Positions 27,718 to 40,310 of a stretch of DNA of 64,000 bases are shown here, one piece after another. Within the stretch, counting starts at the first letter, position 1, and each line of letters starts with the position of its first letter. Both the position numbers and the translations under genes were made by a program. Under the pieces are notes generated by a model that searched no databases, was not told the origin of the DNA, and saw nothing but the letters and a program-made list of their open reading frames with translations. Source of the DNA: Patescibacteria group bacterium (lineage in GTDB: Bacteria; Patescibacteriota; Minisyncoccia; Phycocordibacterales; Phycocordibacteraceae); assembly GCA_040384705.1 (NCBI GenBank), contig JAZKIU010000001.1, positions 153,907 to 217,906 of the forward strand. The letters run 5' to 3'.

Positions 27718-28332
27718 GTGGCACTACCTCCTACCGTACCTACCTCGTTCGTGCCGAAACAGCCCGTCGCGACCACGCGCCGCGCTCGCTCCGGCGTGAA
27801 CGTATTCATGCTCGTCGCGATGATAGTCGCAGGGCTCGCGCTCCTGGCTTCCGCCGGCATATTCGGTTATCTCAAGTTCCTCGAGTCCGCGCGCGATGCT
27901 AAGGCGGAACAGCTGCGTGAGGCGGAAGCGAGCATCAGCCGGGCCACCGTCGAGGAATTCCTCAGGCTCCGTAACCGCTTCTCCTCGACCGGCATGCTCC
28001 TCGATCAGCATGTCGCGCTCTCGCAGTACTTCGATGTGCTCGAGACGCTCACGCTGCAGAGCGTTACCTTCGACTCGCTCAAGATAGCGACGAAGGAAGA
28101 CAGGACCGCGACCCTGGAGATGACGGGTAGCGCACGCAATTTCAACGCGCTCGCTGCGCAGTCCTCCGCGTTCGCGGCCGAGAAGCGCATAAAGCGGGCC
28201 ATCTTCTCCGGCATCTCTACGCAGGAGAAGGGATTGATCGATTTCACGCTATCGGCTGAGCTCGACCCGTCCGTACTTATATGGAGAGGTCCGGTCGCGC
28301 CACCGGTCGAAACCGTGCCTACGCAACCATAA
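27718..28332 (+). CDS. PilN-like protein
   Basis: SFVPK N-terminal motif, TM, coiled coil, position after pilM. Confidence 0.75.
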   Translation: MALPPTVPTSFVPKQPVATTRRARSGVNVFMLVAMIVAGLALLASAGIFGYLKFLESARDAKAEQLREAEASISRATVEEFLRLRNRFSSTGMLLDQHVALSQYFDVLETLTLQSVTFDSLKIATKEDRTATLEMTGSARNFNALAAQSSAFAAEKRIKRAIFSGISTQEKGLIDFTLSAELDPSVLIWRGPVAPPVETVPTQP

Positions 28333-28336
28333 TCTT

Positions 28337-28891
28337 ATGTCACGCCTCATCCCCGTCATCGGTATCCTCCTCGCAATCGGCCTCTTCTTCGGGTATATCA
28401 ACCCGACGCTTACGGGACCTATCGCGGTGGCGAAGCAGCAGATACATGACTACGACAGCGCGCTCAAGGCCGCCGAGCGTTTCAGGCAGAAGGAGGCGCA
28501 GCTCTCGCAGGAGCGCAGTAACATCCCGCCCGAGTCGCTCGCGCGCCTCGAAGCGTTCCTTCCGGACGGCGTCGATAACGTGCAGCTCATCCTCGACCTC
28601 GATGCGCTCGCTACGCGCTCGGGCATCCAGCTCGGGAACTTCGATACGACGGAGGTCGCCGTGGACGCTAGCAACGATGCGGCGGATGGCGTCATAACGC
28701 CGAGTGACCATCCGGTCGATTCCATCGAGCTCACGATGAGCGGAAAGGGGACCTATGCGGCATTCCGCACCTTCCTCGACAATGTCGAGGTGAGCCTCCG
28801 TCCGCTCGACCTCATCGCGCTCGATGTGCAGACCACCGAGACGGGGGTCTATACCTACAACATGACGTTCCGCCTCTACTGGCTCCGCTAA
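28337..28891 (+). CDS. PilO-like protein
   Basis: TM, LP...D, G.Y..F..FL..E...RP motif. Confidence 0.8.
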   Translation: MSRLIPVIGILLAIGLFFGYINPTLTGPIAVAKQQIHDYDSALKAAERFRQKEAQLSQERSNIPPESLARLEAFLPDGVDNVQLILDLDALATRSGIQLGNFDTTEVAVDASNDAADGVITPSDHPVDSIELTMSGKGTYAAFRTFLDNVEVSLRPLDLIALDVQTTETGVYTYNMTFRLYWLR

Positions 28892-28897
28892 TATCAT

Positions 28898-29206
28898 ATG
28901 AACCCGAACTCTTTCCATATCTCGCGAACCGTAGCCGTCCTGGTCGCGCTCGCCGTCATCATCGCGCTCGCCGTGGGGTACACACTCATGAAGAACGATG
29001 AGTCCGATAGCACGGTATCGGTGACCGGAGGCGCTGCTACCGCAAGCGAAGCCAACTTCGTGACGCTCGCCGGCGAGCTCGACTCCATCGTCTTCGATAC
29101 GAGCATCTTCAGCGATCCGCGCTTCCTCGCGCTCGTCGATATCCATACCGCTATCACGCCTGAGGTGCCAGGACGCAACGATCCGTTCGCTCCGCTCGGT
29201 CGCTAA
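28898..29206 (+). CDS. Small pilus-associated protein (PilP-like position)
   Basis: TM, C-terminal GRNDPFAP. Confidence 0.7.
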   Translation: MNPNSFHISRTVAVLVALAVIIALAVGYTLMKNDESDSTVSVTGGAATASEANFVTLAGELDSIVFDTSIFSDPRFLALVDIHTAITPEVPGRNDPFAPLGR

Positions 29207-29293
29207 CCACAGCCGCTGCGATCTTATGCACGAATGCATCGCGTTCGTGCGCTATCATGGACGCATGCTCCGTTCTTGCGCCGCACTCCATAT

Positions 29294-31060
29294 ATGAATA
29301 CGCTCTCGCTGCTCGTCGAGACCGGACTCCTCAAGCAGGAGGACGCTGCCGCTATAACCGCGGAAGCGAAAGGTTCCGCGACGTCCATCGAGACGCTTCT
29401 CGAGAAGCGCGGCATCACGGTCGAGCAGATGCTGAAAGCGAAGAGCGAGCGGTACGACATGCCGTACAGGATACTTCCGGCGCAGGAGATAGCGCACGAA
29501 GCGCTCGAGTTCATCCCGGAGGAATCCGCACGCCACTATCGCTTCGTCCCGCTCGCTATCGCCGACGCTGCGCTCGAGGTCGGTATCGTCGACCCGGATA
29601 ATCTCGAAGCGCTCGATGCGCTGCAGTTCATATCATCCCGGGTCGGCATGCCATACAAGCTCTCGCTCATCAGCGAGACCGATTTCGCGCGCGTCATAAA
29701 GGAGTACGAGAACCTCACCGGGGAAGTGGGCGAGGCGCTCACCGAATACGAAGGCACGCTCGAGATAGATATGCAGCAGGACAAGGAGGAGGATACGGGC
29801 ATCGTCGAGGAGCAAGCCATAAAGGCGGATGCTCCGGTCACGAAGATAGTGGCGACCATACTCCGATACGCAGTGGAAGGAGGTGCGTCCGACATCCACA
29901 TAGAGCCTACCGACGAGAAGACCCGCGTGCGTTTCCGCATGGATGGCGAGCTGCATACCTCGCTCGAGCTCCCGACCAAGGTGCATCCGGCGGTCGTCGC
30001 GCGCATCAAGATCCTTTCGCAGATGCGCCTCGACGAGAAGCGTAAGCCGCAGGACGGCCGTTTCTCGGCGACGGTGGAAGGCAGGCGTATCGACTTCCGT
30101 GTCTCGACGTTCCCGACGCCTGATGGGGAGAAGGTCGTGATGCGTATCCTCGATCGTGCGAAGTCCATCGCCTCCCTTGATGATCTCGGCCTTTCCCCTT
30201 CGGACCTCGCCCGCGTGAAGGACATCATCCGCAAGCCGTACGGCATCATCCTCGTCGCAGGGCCGACGGGTTCGGGTAAATCGACGACCTTGTTCGCTAT
30301 GCTCTCGGCGCTCGATAGGGAAGCCTCCAACGTGGTGTCGGTGGAGGACCCGGTCGAGTACGAGATACCGGGCGTCGCGCAATCGCAGGTCCGTCCTGAG
30401 ATCGGCTACACGTTCGCCTCGGGACTCCGCTCCATCCTGCGTCAGGACCCGGACGTCATCATGGTGGGAGAGATACGTGATAAGGAGACGGCGCAGCTTG
30501 CTATACAGGCTGCGCTCACCGGTCACCTCGTCTTCTCGACCATCCACACGAACACCGCCGCAGGCGTCATCCCGCGCCTCATCGACATGGGTGTCGATCC
30601 GTACCTCATCGCGCCGACGCTCATCGCCGCCGTCGGTCAGCGTCTCGTGCGCAAGCTGTGCCCGGGAGCCGGGCAGGCCACGCCGGTGTCGGACTCCATC
30701 CGAGTGCTCCTTGAGAAAGAATTCGAGGATTTGCCTGCCTCGGCCAAGGTGAATCTGCCCGCGTTCGACAATATCTACCACGCCCAGGCGACGCCGGACT
30801 GCCCGAACGGTACCCGTGGCCGCCTCGCTGTCTTCGAGTTCCTCGAGATGGATAAGGAGCTCGAGCAGGTGGTGCTCGCCCAGCCGCAGGAGGAGAAAGT
30901 GTTCGCCGCAGCGCGTGCAAAAGGCATGTATACCATGCGCGAGGATGCTATCATGAAGGCACTCGCTGGCGAGATACCGTTCGAGGAAGTCAATACCTTG
31001 GGCGGCACTTACTTCGCAATCGACGAACCTGAAGAGACCCTCCCTGAACCAGTCGTATGA
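29294..31060 (+). CDS. pilB: Type IV pilus assembly ATPase PilB (GspE/PulE family)
   Basis: ASDIHIEP, PQDGR, GPTGSGKSTT, EDPVEY, LRQDPD, TGHLVFSTIHTN. Confidence 0.95.
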   Translation: MNTLSLLVETGLLKQEDAAAITAEAKGSATSIETLLEKRGITVEQMLKAKSERYDMPYRILPAQEIAHEALEFIPEESARHYRFVPLAIADAALEVGIVDPDNLEALDALQFISSRVGMPYKLSLISETDFARVIKEYENLTGEVGEALTEYEGTLEIDMQQDKEEDTGIVEEQAIKADAPVTKIVATILRYAVEGGASDIHIEPTDEKTRVRFRMDGELHTSLELPTKVHPAVVARIKILSQMRLDEKRKPQDGRFSATVEGRRIDFRVSTFPTPDGEKVVMRILDRAKSIASLDDLGLSPSDLARVKDIIRKPYGIILVAGPTGSGKSTTLFAMLSALDREASNVVSVEDPVEYEIPGVAQSQVRPEIGYTFASGLRSILRQDPDVIMVGEIRDKETAQLAIQAALTGHLVFSTIHTNTAAGVIPRLIDMGVDPYLIAPTLIAAVGQRLVRKLCPGAGQATPVSDSIRVLLEKEFEDLPASAKVNLPAFDNIYHAQATPDCPNGTRGRLAVFEFLEMDKELEQVVLAQPQEEKVFAAARAKGMYTMREDAIMKALAGEIPFEEVNTLGGTYFAIDEPEETLPEPVV

Positions 31061-31443
31061 ACACCTATCGCCTCTATCTCGTAGATGATGACCGTTTCCT
31101 ACTCGATATGTACGCCGTCAAATTCAAGGCGGCGGGCCACGAAGTGACCGCGTTCTCAAAAGGCGAGGAGCTTCTCGCTGCGCTCCGCGAGCAGCCGGCG
31201 CCGAACGCGCTCCTGCTCGACGTCGTGATGCCGGGAATGAGCGGATTCGACATACTCGATGTCATCCGCAAGGAGAATCTCGCACCGGGCATGAAGGTCA
31301 TTATCCTCTCGAACCAGGGACAGGACGCCGACCTCAACCGTGCGAAGGAGCTCAAGGCCGATGGGTACATCATCAAGGCCTCCGCCATCCCGTCCGAAGT
31401 ATTCACGGAGACTATAAAGATAATAGAGACTAATCCTGCATGA
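31057..31443 (+). CDS. Stand-alone response regulator receiver
   Basis: LVDDD, LLDVVMPGMSG, ILSN, YIIKA. Confidence 0.92.
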   Translation: MNTYRLYLVDDDRFLLDMYAVKFKAAGHEVTAFSKGEELLAALREQPAPNALLLDVVMPGMSGFDILDVIRKENLAPGMKVIILSNQGQDADLNRAKELKADGYIIKASAIPSEVFTETIKIIETNPA

Positions 31444-32501
31444 CCTCGATGAATCGTATACAATCGCTCCTCGATACGGTCGTACGCGAAGGTGGTTCCG
31501 ACCTCCATATATCGGTCGGTTCTCCTCCCATTATCCGTGTAGCAGGCGCGCTCGTGCCGCTCGTGCAGGAGGCCGTGCTCACGCCGGACGAGACGAAGGA
31601 GATGCTCAAATCGGTAGCTCCGCAGAACATGTGGCCGAAGTTCGAGGCCGAGCAGGCTGTCGACTTCTCGCTCGCGCATACCGACGGCAACCGCTTCCGC
31701 GTGAACGGGTACGTGGTGCAGGGCGCGGTCGTCATCGCGATGCGTCTCATCCCGAAGGAGATACGCACGTTCACGGACCTCAACCTTCCTTCGGTGCTTG
31801 AGGTGTTCAGCCAGAAGCAGCAGGGATTCTTCCTCGTGGTGGGTCCGGTGGGGCAGGGCAAGTCGACGACGCTCGCCGCTATCATCGACCGAATCAACGA
31901 GACACGCGCCGAGCACATCGTCACTATCGAGGATCCGGTGGAGTACCTCTTCGAGCAGAAGAAGTCCCTCATCCATCAGCGCGAAGTGCATATCGATACG
32001 CCGGACTTCGCCGCAGCGCTCAACTCGGCGTTCCGCGAGGACGTGAACGTCATCATGGTGGGAGAGATGCGCAACTACGAGACTATCTCGGCAGCAGTCA
32101 CCGCAGCCGAGACGGGACACCTCGTGCTTTCGACGCTCCACACGAATAACGCGGCGCAGACCATCGACCGCATCATCGACATGTTCCCGCCGAACCAGCA
32201 GTCGCAGGTGCGCGTGCAGCTCGCAGGCTCCCTTGCCGGCATCTTCTCTCAGCGCCTCGTGCCGCGCATATCAGGCGGCCAGGTCCCGGCCTATGAGCTC
32301 CTCATAAACAACAGCGCGGTCGCGAACCTTATCCGCGAAGGACGCACGCACGAGATATCGACGGTGGTGCAGACCTCGAGCCAGGAGGGAATGATAGATA
32401 TGGACCGCTCGCTCGCCGAGCTCGTGCGGAAGGGGGAAGTCACCATTGAGCACGCGTACGAGCGCGCGATGGACCCGAAGACCTTCGAACGATACCTCTA
32501 A
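31440..32501 (+). CDS. pilT: Retraction ATPase PilT
   Basis: SDLHI, GPVGQGKSTT, EDPVEY, AAETGHLVLSTLHTN, ANLIRE. Confidence 0.95.
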   Translation: MTSMNRIQSLLDTVVREGGSDLHISVGSPPIIRVAGALVPLVQEAVLTPDETKEMLKSVAPQNMWPKFEAEQAVDFSLAHTDGNRFRVNGYVVQGAVVIAMRLIPKEIRTFTDLNLPSVLEVFSQKQQGFFLVVGPVGQGKSTTLAAIIDRINETRAEHIVTIEDPVEYLFEQKKSLIHQREVHIDTPDFAAALNSAFREDVNVIMVGEMRNYETISAAVTAAETGHLVLSTLHTNNAAQTIDRIIDMFPPNQQSQVRVQLAGSLAGIFSQRLVPRISGGQVPAYELLINNSAVANLIREGRTHEISTVVQTSSQEGMIDMDRSLAELVRKGEVTIEHAYERAMDPKTFERYL

Positions 32502-32504
32502 CCT

Positions 32505-33710
32505 ATGCTTTTTTCATACCGAGCACTCGATACCGATGGGCATGAGCGTCAGGGGACTATCGAGGCCCTGTCGATGGACGTCGCGGTGTCGACGCTCCAG
32601 CGGCGCAACCTCATCGTCTCTTCGATCGAGCCTATGGGGAAGAAGGATCCGCTCAAGGTGGAGTTCAGCTTCCTCAAGAGCGTTTCGAACAAGGATATCG
32701 TCATATTGTCGCGGCAGATAGCGACGCTGTTCGAGGCGCAGGTCTCCGCGCTCCGCGTGTTCCGCTTGCTTGCGGCTGAGGTCGATAACCGGCACCTTTC
32801 CGAGATACTTACGCAGGTCGCTGACGACCTCCAAGGAGGAAGCCCTATCAGCAAGGCGATGGCGCGCCACCCCAAGGTGTTCACTACCTTCTATGTGAAC
32901 ATGGTGCGCTCGGGCGAGGAGTCCGGAAAGCTCTCCGAGACCTTCGGGTATCTCGCCGATTATCTCGACCGAACGTACGAGGTCGCGAGCAAGGCGCAGA
33001 ACGCCCTCATCTATCCAGCCTTCGTCATAACTGTGTTCTTCGTGGTGATGGCGCTCATGCTCACCATGGTCATCCCGAAGGTGAGCCAGATACTCATAGA
33101 CTCGGGCCAGGAGGTCCCGCTCTATACGCAGATAGTCATCGGCCTCTCCATGTTCCTCGTGAATTACGGCTTCTTCTTCCTCATCGCGCTCGTGGTCGGC
33201 GGCTTCTTCGCGTACCGCTGGGCGCAGACCCCGCCGGGTCGCCTCTTCTTCGATGACCTGAAGCTCGAAGTGCCGTACATCGGCGACCTCTACGAGAAGC
33301 TCTATCTCTCCCGCATCGCCGATAACTTCGCGACGATGCTCATGTCCGGCGTGCCGGTGGTGGAGTCGGTGGAGATAACCGCGTCGGTGGTGGGGAACGC
33401 ACGCTACGAAGCGGTGCTTAAGGACGTGGGAGACCAGGTGAAGGGCGGCGCACCTATCTCGGACGCGCTCTCGCGCCACCCGGAGATACCGGGAATCATG
33501 AGTGCCATGGTGAAGGTGGGCGAGGAAACGGGCGAGCTCGGCAATATCCTCACTACGCTCGCGAAGTTCTATCGTCGCGAGGTGAGCAATGCCGTCGACA
33601 CGCTCGTCGACCTCATCGAGCCGATGATGATCGTGCTTCTCGGCCTTGGCGTCGGTGTCCTGCTCGCCTCGGTGCTCGTGCCTATCTACAATCTCGCTGG
33701 TTCGATATAG
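32505..33710 (+). CDS. pilC: Type IV pilus platform protein PilC (GspF family)
   Basis: RQIATL, GEESGKL, LIYP, VGEETGEL, LIEP. Confidence 0.95.
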   Translation: MLFSYRALDTDGHERQGTIEALSMDVAVSTLQRRNLIVSSIEPMGKKDPLKVEFSFLKSVSNKDIVILSRQIATLFEAQVSALRVFRLLAAEVDNRHLSEILTQVADDLQGGSPISKAMARHPKVFTTFYVNMVRSGEESGKLSETFGYLADYLDRTYEVASKAQNALIYPAFVITVFFVVMALMLTMVIPKVSQILIDSGQEVPLYTQIVIGLSMFLVNYGFFFLIALVVGGFFAYRWAQTPPGRLFFDDLKLEVPYIGDLYEKLYLSRIADNFATMLMSGVPVVESVEITASVVGNARYEAVLKDVGDQVKGGAPISDALSRHPEIPGIMSAMVKVGEETGELGNILTTLAKFYRREVSNAVDTLVDLIEPMMIVLLGLGVGVLLASVLVPIYNLAGSI

Positions 33711-33834
33711 TCGGTTCCGTTTCCTCTACGGATGACCTTTATCCACACGCAGCGAAATACGCGATGCATCATCTCGTACAATAGGAGCAAGCGGATATTT
33801 TTACTCGTAACCGCGTAACCATCACTTCATAATT

Positions 33835-34347
33835 ATGAATCTTGCACCTTCAGGCATCCGTCAGGGACATCTTCGAGGTTTCACCCTCATCGAGCTCCTC
33901 GTCGTGATAGCTATCATCGGCATCCTCTCGTCGGTGGTGCTCGCATCGCTCAACACCGCGCGCAATAAGGGTGCGGACGCGGCGGTCAAATCGAACCTCT
34001 CTTCAGCTCGTGCTGAGGCGGAAATCTTCTACGACAGCAACAACAACCGTTATTCCACGACCGTCACGGCACCTACCATGACCGGTACGGGCGGTACGGG
34101 CGTCTGCGCCGCAACCGGCGCGAATGTCATCGGCGATAGCGTTAACGCTGCGCTCGGTGCTTCCGGTAGCTCCGCAACGCTTGCAACGTCCTGCTATGCC
34201 AACTCCGAGCGTTGGGCAGCCATGGTAGCGCTCAAGACGACCACGGCTGAAATCTACTGCGTCGACTCCACGGGTTACGCAAGCAGTACCAACCCTGGTC
34301 CGGCTATCAGTGCGGACGCGAACTGCGACTCCGACTCCACCTACTAG
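33835..34347 (+). CDS. Type IV pilin (probable major pilin)
   Basis: GFTLIELLVVIAIIGILSSVV; YCVDS; own promoter region and terminator. Confidence 0.93.
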   Translation: MNLAPSGIRQGHLRGFTLIELLVVIAIIGILSSVVLASLNTARNKGADAAVKSNLSSARAEAEIFYDSNNNRYSTTVTAPTMTGTGGTGVCAATGANVIGDSVNAALGASGSSATLATSCYANSERWAAMVALKTTTAEIYCVDSTGYASSTNPGPAISADANCDSDSTY

Positions 34348-34544
34348 CCTTACGCACGTAGGAAAAGCAAAAAAGCCCCATTCGGGGCTTTTGCTTTTAC
34401 TTCCCATGCGCACGCTATACTTATGCCCATATCAATGACTTTAGTCGCATGCAGCACCTGACCTCATCCGCCCGGAAGGGCTTCACCCTCATCGAGCTCC
34501 TCGTCGTGATAGCTATCATCGGCATCCTCTCGTCGGTGGTGCTC
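33880..34544 (+). repeat. 63-nt identical direct repeat in tandem pilin genes (33880-33942 and 34482-34544)
   Basis: TTCACCCTCATCGAG...GTGGTGCTC identical including synonymous positions. Confidence 0.9.
34363..34398 (+). terminator. Terminator after first pilin
   Basis: AAAAGC..AAAAGCCCC-attc-GGGGCTTTT-GCTTTT. Confidence 0.8.
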
Positions 34545-34919
34545 ACCTCGATACGGGTCGCACGCGATAAGGGTCAGGACGCCGCAGTCAGGTCGAACCT
34601 GAGCGGTGTTCGTGCTCAAGCGGAACTCTATCACGACGCGAACAATAAGAGTTTCGTGAACGTGTGCCTCGACAACGCGGGCGCCGACGTGAAGAGCATC
34701 TACACGCTCGTGTGGGGTGCGACACTTGCGGGCGGCGGCAATACTATAGGGACGGGCCCGACGACCCAGCTGCAGGCTTCATGCAATTCGGACGATGCGC
34801 TGTGGGCAGCGGAGGCTGCGCTCAAGACCGGGGGGTTCTACTGCGTGGATAGCGTTGGAGGAGTTGCGACCTCTTCGATAGCGCTCCTGCAGGCAAGCAC
34901 GGATCTTGATTGCCAATAA
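34449..34919 (+). CDS. Type IV pilin
   Basis: GFTLIELLVVIAIIGILSSVV; YCVDS. Confidence 0.93.
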   Translation: MQHLTSSARKGFTLIELLVVIAIIGILSSVVLTSIRVARDKGQDAAVRSNLSGVRAQAELYHDANNKSFVNVCLDNAGADVKSIYTLVWGATLAGGGNTIGTGPTTQLQASCNSDDALWAAEAALKTGGFYCVDSVGGVATSSIALLQASTDLDCQ

Positions 34920-34969
34920 TCCTGTGCGCAGCCGCGCGCGCATGTGCTCACGTCCGTTATACTGAACGC

Positions 34970-35719
34970 ATGACGCTTCTAGCTTTCGCGTTCGGGATTC
35001 TCGGCGCCATACTCGCGAGCTTCATCGGCGTGCTCTCTGAGCGCCTCTATACAGGAGAGCGATGGGCGAGCGACCGCTCCCGCTGCAATTCATGCAGCAC
35101 CCAGCTCGGGCTCCTCGACCTCGTTCCGGTCGCTTCCTGGCTCTCCACCTATGGGAGGTGCGGGTATTGCGGGATCAGGCTTCCGCTAAGCTATGTGGTT
35201 ACGGAAGCCGCGCTCGGCATCCTCTTCGCGCTCTCGTACCTTACGTTCGGGCTCGCTCCTGTGCTCATGCCGTTCCTCGGAGCGCTCTGCGTCCTCGCGT
35301 TCATAGTGCTCTACGATATGCGGCATACCATCGTGCCGCCGGCAGCGTCCACGCTCTTCGTCGCCCTCTCCGTTACCGCAAGCTACCTCAGCTCGTTCGA
35401 CATACGGGACTTCGGGCTCACGCTTCTCTTCGCCGGCATCATCGGCACTGCATTCTTCCTGTTCCATGCGCTCTCGCGCGGGCGTTTGATGGGGCTGGGG
35501 GATAGTCCGGTCGCGCTCGGTCTCGCGCTCCTGGTGGGGTTCGCCGCTGCGTTCCCGGGCCTCATCTTCTCCTTCTGGATAGGTGCGTTGTGCGGCATCG
35601 CTATATTGGTAGCTACGCCTAAGGGGCATAGAATAGGTATTGAGGTGCCGTTCGTGCCGTTCCTGGCCGCCGGCTTCCTGCTCGCATTCTTCACCCAATG
35701 GAACCCATTCCTTTTCTAA
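34970..35719 (+). CDS. pilD: Prepilin peptidase
   Basis: SFIGV, RSRC..C, DLVPV.SW...GRC..C, YD, MGLGD, VPFVPFL. Confidence 0.93.
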   Translation: MTLLAFAFGILGAILASFIGVLSERLYTGERWASDRSRCNSCSTQLGLLDLVPVASWLSTYGRCGYCGIRLPLSYVVTEAALGILFALSYLTFGLAPVLMPFLGALCVLAFIVLYDMRHTIVPPAASTLFVALSVTASYLSSFDIRDFGLTLLFAGIIGTAFFLFHALSRGRLMGLGDSPVALGLALLVGFAAAFPGLIFSFWIGALCGIAILVATPKGHRIGIEVPFVPFLAAGFLLAFFTQWNPFLF

Positions 35720-36408
35720 GAGACGCAAAACAGGGAGCGGCCTCAGTTAGGGGCTTCTCCCTCGTGGAGATGCTCGTCGTCCTTTCCATAATCGTCATCG
35801 TGACCCTCATCGCCGTGATGGGGCAGAGCACGTTCAACCGCTCGCTCCTCCTTACTGATACGACGTACACGATTGCATTCTCCGTACGCGAGGCGCAGAC
35901 GCTCGGCCTTTCAAGCCGTGTCTCGGGAAGCGTGTATGGGGCAGGGTACGGTGTCCGCTTCTCGACCCTCACTCCTACCTCCTATATCCTCTTCGCCGAT
36001 ACCTCGCCGTCCGCACCTGGCAGCACTCAATCGGGCCTCTGTCCCGGTCATACGCAGCCATCGACGTCGCCGGAGACGCATCCGGGCAACTGCATCTATG
36101 ACCCGTCTGCCACGCCTGCCGAGCTCGTCCGCACCTACTCGCTCAGCAGGGGATTCAATATATATAAGTTCTGCGGGAGCGCGCTCGTCGGCGGGGCGTT
36201 GCGTTGCTCCACCACCGGGGACTTCGAGACCATGCACATCACGTTCATGCGTCCCTCTACCGATACCATCATCTTCGGGAGGACGACGAGCGGAACGCTG
36301 CTCGCGCTCCGCGACGCGAAGATATACCTGCGCTCGCCGGACGGCCTCGCCGAGCGCTGCGTCGTCGTCTCGAAGGTGGGCCAGGTAGCCGTCACAGATT
36401 GCCTATGA
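35698..36408 (+). CDS. Minor pilin (FimT/FimU-like)
   Basis: GFSLVEMLVVLSI prepilin motif. Confidence 0.88.
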   Translation: MEPIPFLRDAKQGAASVRGFSLVEMLVVLSIIVIVTLIAVMGQSTFNRSLLLTDTTYTIAFSVREAQTLGLSSRVSGSVYGAGYGVRFSTLTPTSYILFADTSPSAPGSTQSGLCPGHTQPSTSPETHPGNCIYDPSATPAELVRTYSLSRGFNIYKFCGSALVGGALRCSTTGDFETMHITFMRPSTDTIIFGRTTSGTLLALRDAKIYLRSPDGLAERCVVVSKVGQVAVTDCL

Positions 36409-36986
36409 TGCGTACACCTGTCCGCGGATACACCCTCCTCGAGCTCATTGTCTCCATCGGCCTCTTCAGCATGGTCATGCTCGTCGTGATGGGACTCTAT
36501 CTCGCGCTCATCAGCCATGATAGGCAAGCGCGCGCGACCAACCAGCTCGTGGCGAACCTCTCGTTCGGCATCGAGAGCATGATACGTAACGTGCGCACCG
36601 GCACCCACTACACGGGCGGTACGACCACGGTTAATTGCGCCACTGCACCAAGCGGTACGAACGGTACGTTCACGCGCCTTACGTTCTGCGATAGCCAGGA
36701 TCAGCCGATGCATTATCGGTTGAATACCTCGGGGACCATCGGCCAGTGCAGCGGATCGGCAGTGACTACCTGCTCGGACGCGACCGCCATACCGCTTACG
36801 GATCCCCGAATAACCATCACGAGCCTCTCGTTCAATGTGCGTGGCGTCGGAACCACGGGCGCGAACGCGCTCGTGCAGCCCCAGGTAACGGTGTCGGTAC
36901 GCGGTACGATGGAGACCGATGCCGGAAAGACTGCCTCGTTCGTCATCCAGACGAGCGGTACGCAGCGCCTGCTCGATATCCCCTAA
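36405..36986 (+). CDS. Minor pilin (PilW-like)
   Basis: GYTLLELIVSIGLF. Confidence 0.88.
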   Translation: MMRTPVRGYTLLELIVSIGLFSMVMLVVMGLYLALISHDRQARATNQLVANLSFGIESMIRNVRTGTHYTGGTTTVNCATAPSGTNGTFTRLTFCDSQDQPMHYRLNTSGTIGQCSGSAVTTCSDATAIPLTDPRITITSLSFNVRGVGTTGANALVQPQVTVSVRGTMETDAGKTASFVIQTSGTQRLLDIP

Positions 36987-36987
36987 T

Positions 36988-37514
36988 ATGAAAGGCTTCA
37001 CCCTCGTCGAGACCCTCGTCGCTATCACCATCATAGTGATAGCGGTGCTAGGGCCCTTCCAGATGGTCCAGCAGGGACTGCTCGCTTCGTACGCGGCGCG
37101 CGACCAATTAATAGCGACGGCGCTTGCCGAAGAGGGTATCGAGTACGTACGTGCCGTACGCGATGGGAACTATCTGTACAATCTCGCGAACCCGAGTACG
37201 CCCCGCTCATGGCTCTTCGGCATCGATGGCACGGGCGGCAGCCCTAACTGCACCACGACCAATGGCTGCGTCGTGGACCCTACGGGCACGACCAACGTGC
37301 TGGTGTGTGGGTCTACCTGCCCGGTTCTGACGGTAAGCTCAGGTTCCCTCTACACCCAGCAGACGGGCAGTGGGTTCACTGCTACGCGCTTCACGAGGAA
37401 GGTGAAGCTTACGAGCATAAGCGCGAACGAGACCCAGCTCACCGTCACCGTTACGTTCAATACGGCACACACCCCATTCACGGTTACGGTGACCGATAAC
37501 CTCTACAACTGGCT

Positions 37515-37518
<4 letters not shown>
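36988..37518 (+). CDS. Minor pilin (PilV-like)
   Basis: GFTLVETLVAI...A..LAEEGIE. Confidence 0.88.
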
Positions 37519-40006
<2,488 letters not shown>

Positions 40007-40019
40007 TAAAGTGGCGGCA

Positions 40020-40310
40020 ATGGCTACTCCCGAAGACGTACAGAAGCTCGCCGCGCTCGCGCGCATAGAGGTCCCCGAGGAGGAGCTCGCTTCCTTCACC
40101 AAGGAATTCGACGCAGTGCTTGCGTACGTGGGGAAGCTCGATGAGCTCACGCTCGCGCATGAGACTCCGACGGCAGGCCTCGTCCGGAACGTGTTCCGCG
40201 AGGACGGCGAGCCGCATGAGAGGGGGAAATACACCAAGGCGCTCGTCGACCAATTCCCCGACAAGGACGGGAACCATCTCCTTGTGAAGAAGATACTTAC
40301 CCATGAGTAA
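40020..40310 (+). CDS. gatC: Asp/Glu-tRNA amidotransferase subunit C
   Basis: DVQKLAALARI...NVFRED; upstream of gatA. Confidence 0.92.
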   Translation: MATPEDVQKLAALARIEVPEEELASFTKEFDAVLAYVGKLDELTLAHETPTAGLVRNVFREDGEPHERGKYTKALVDQFPDKDGNHLLVKKILTHE

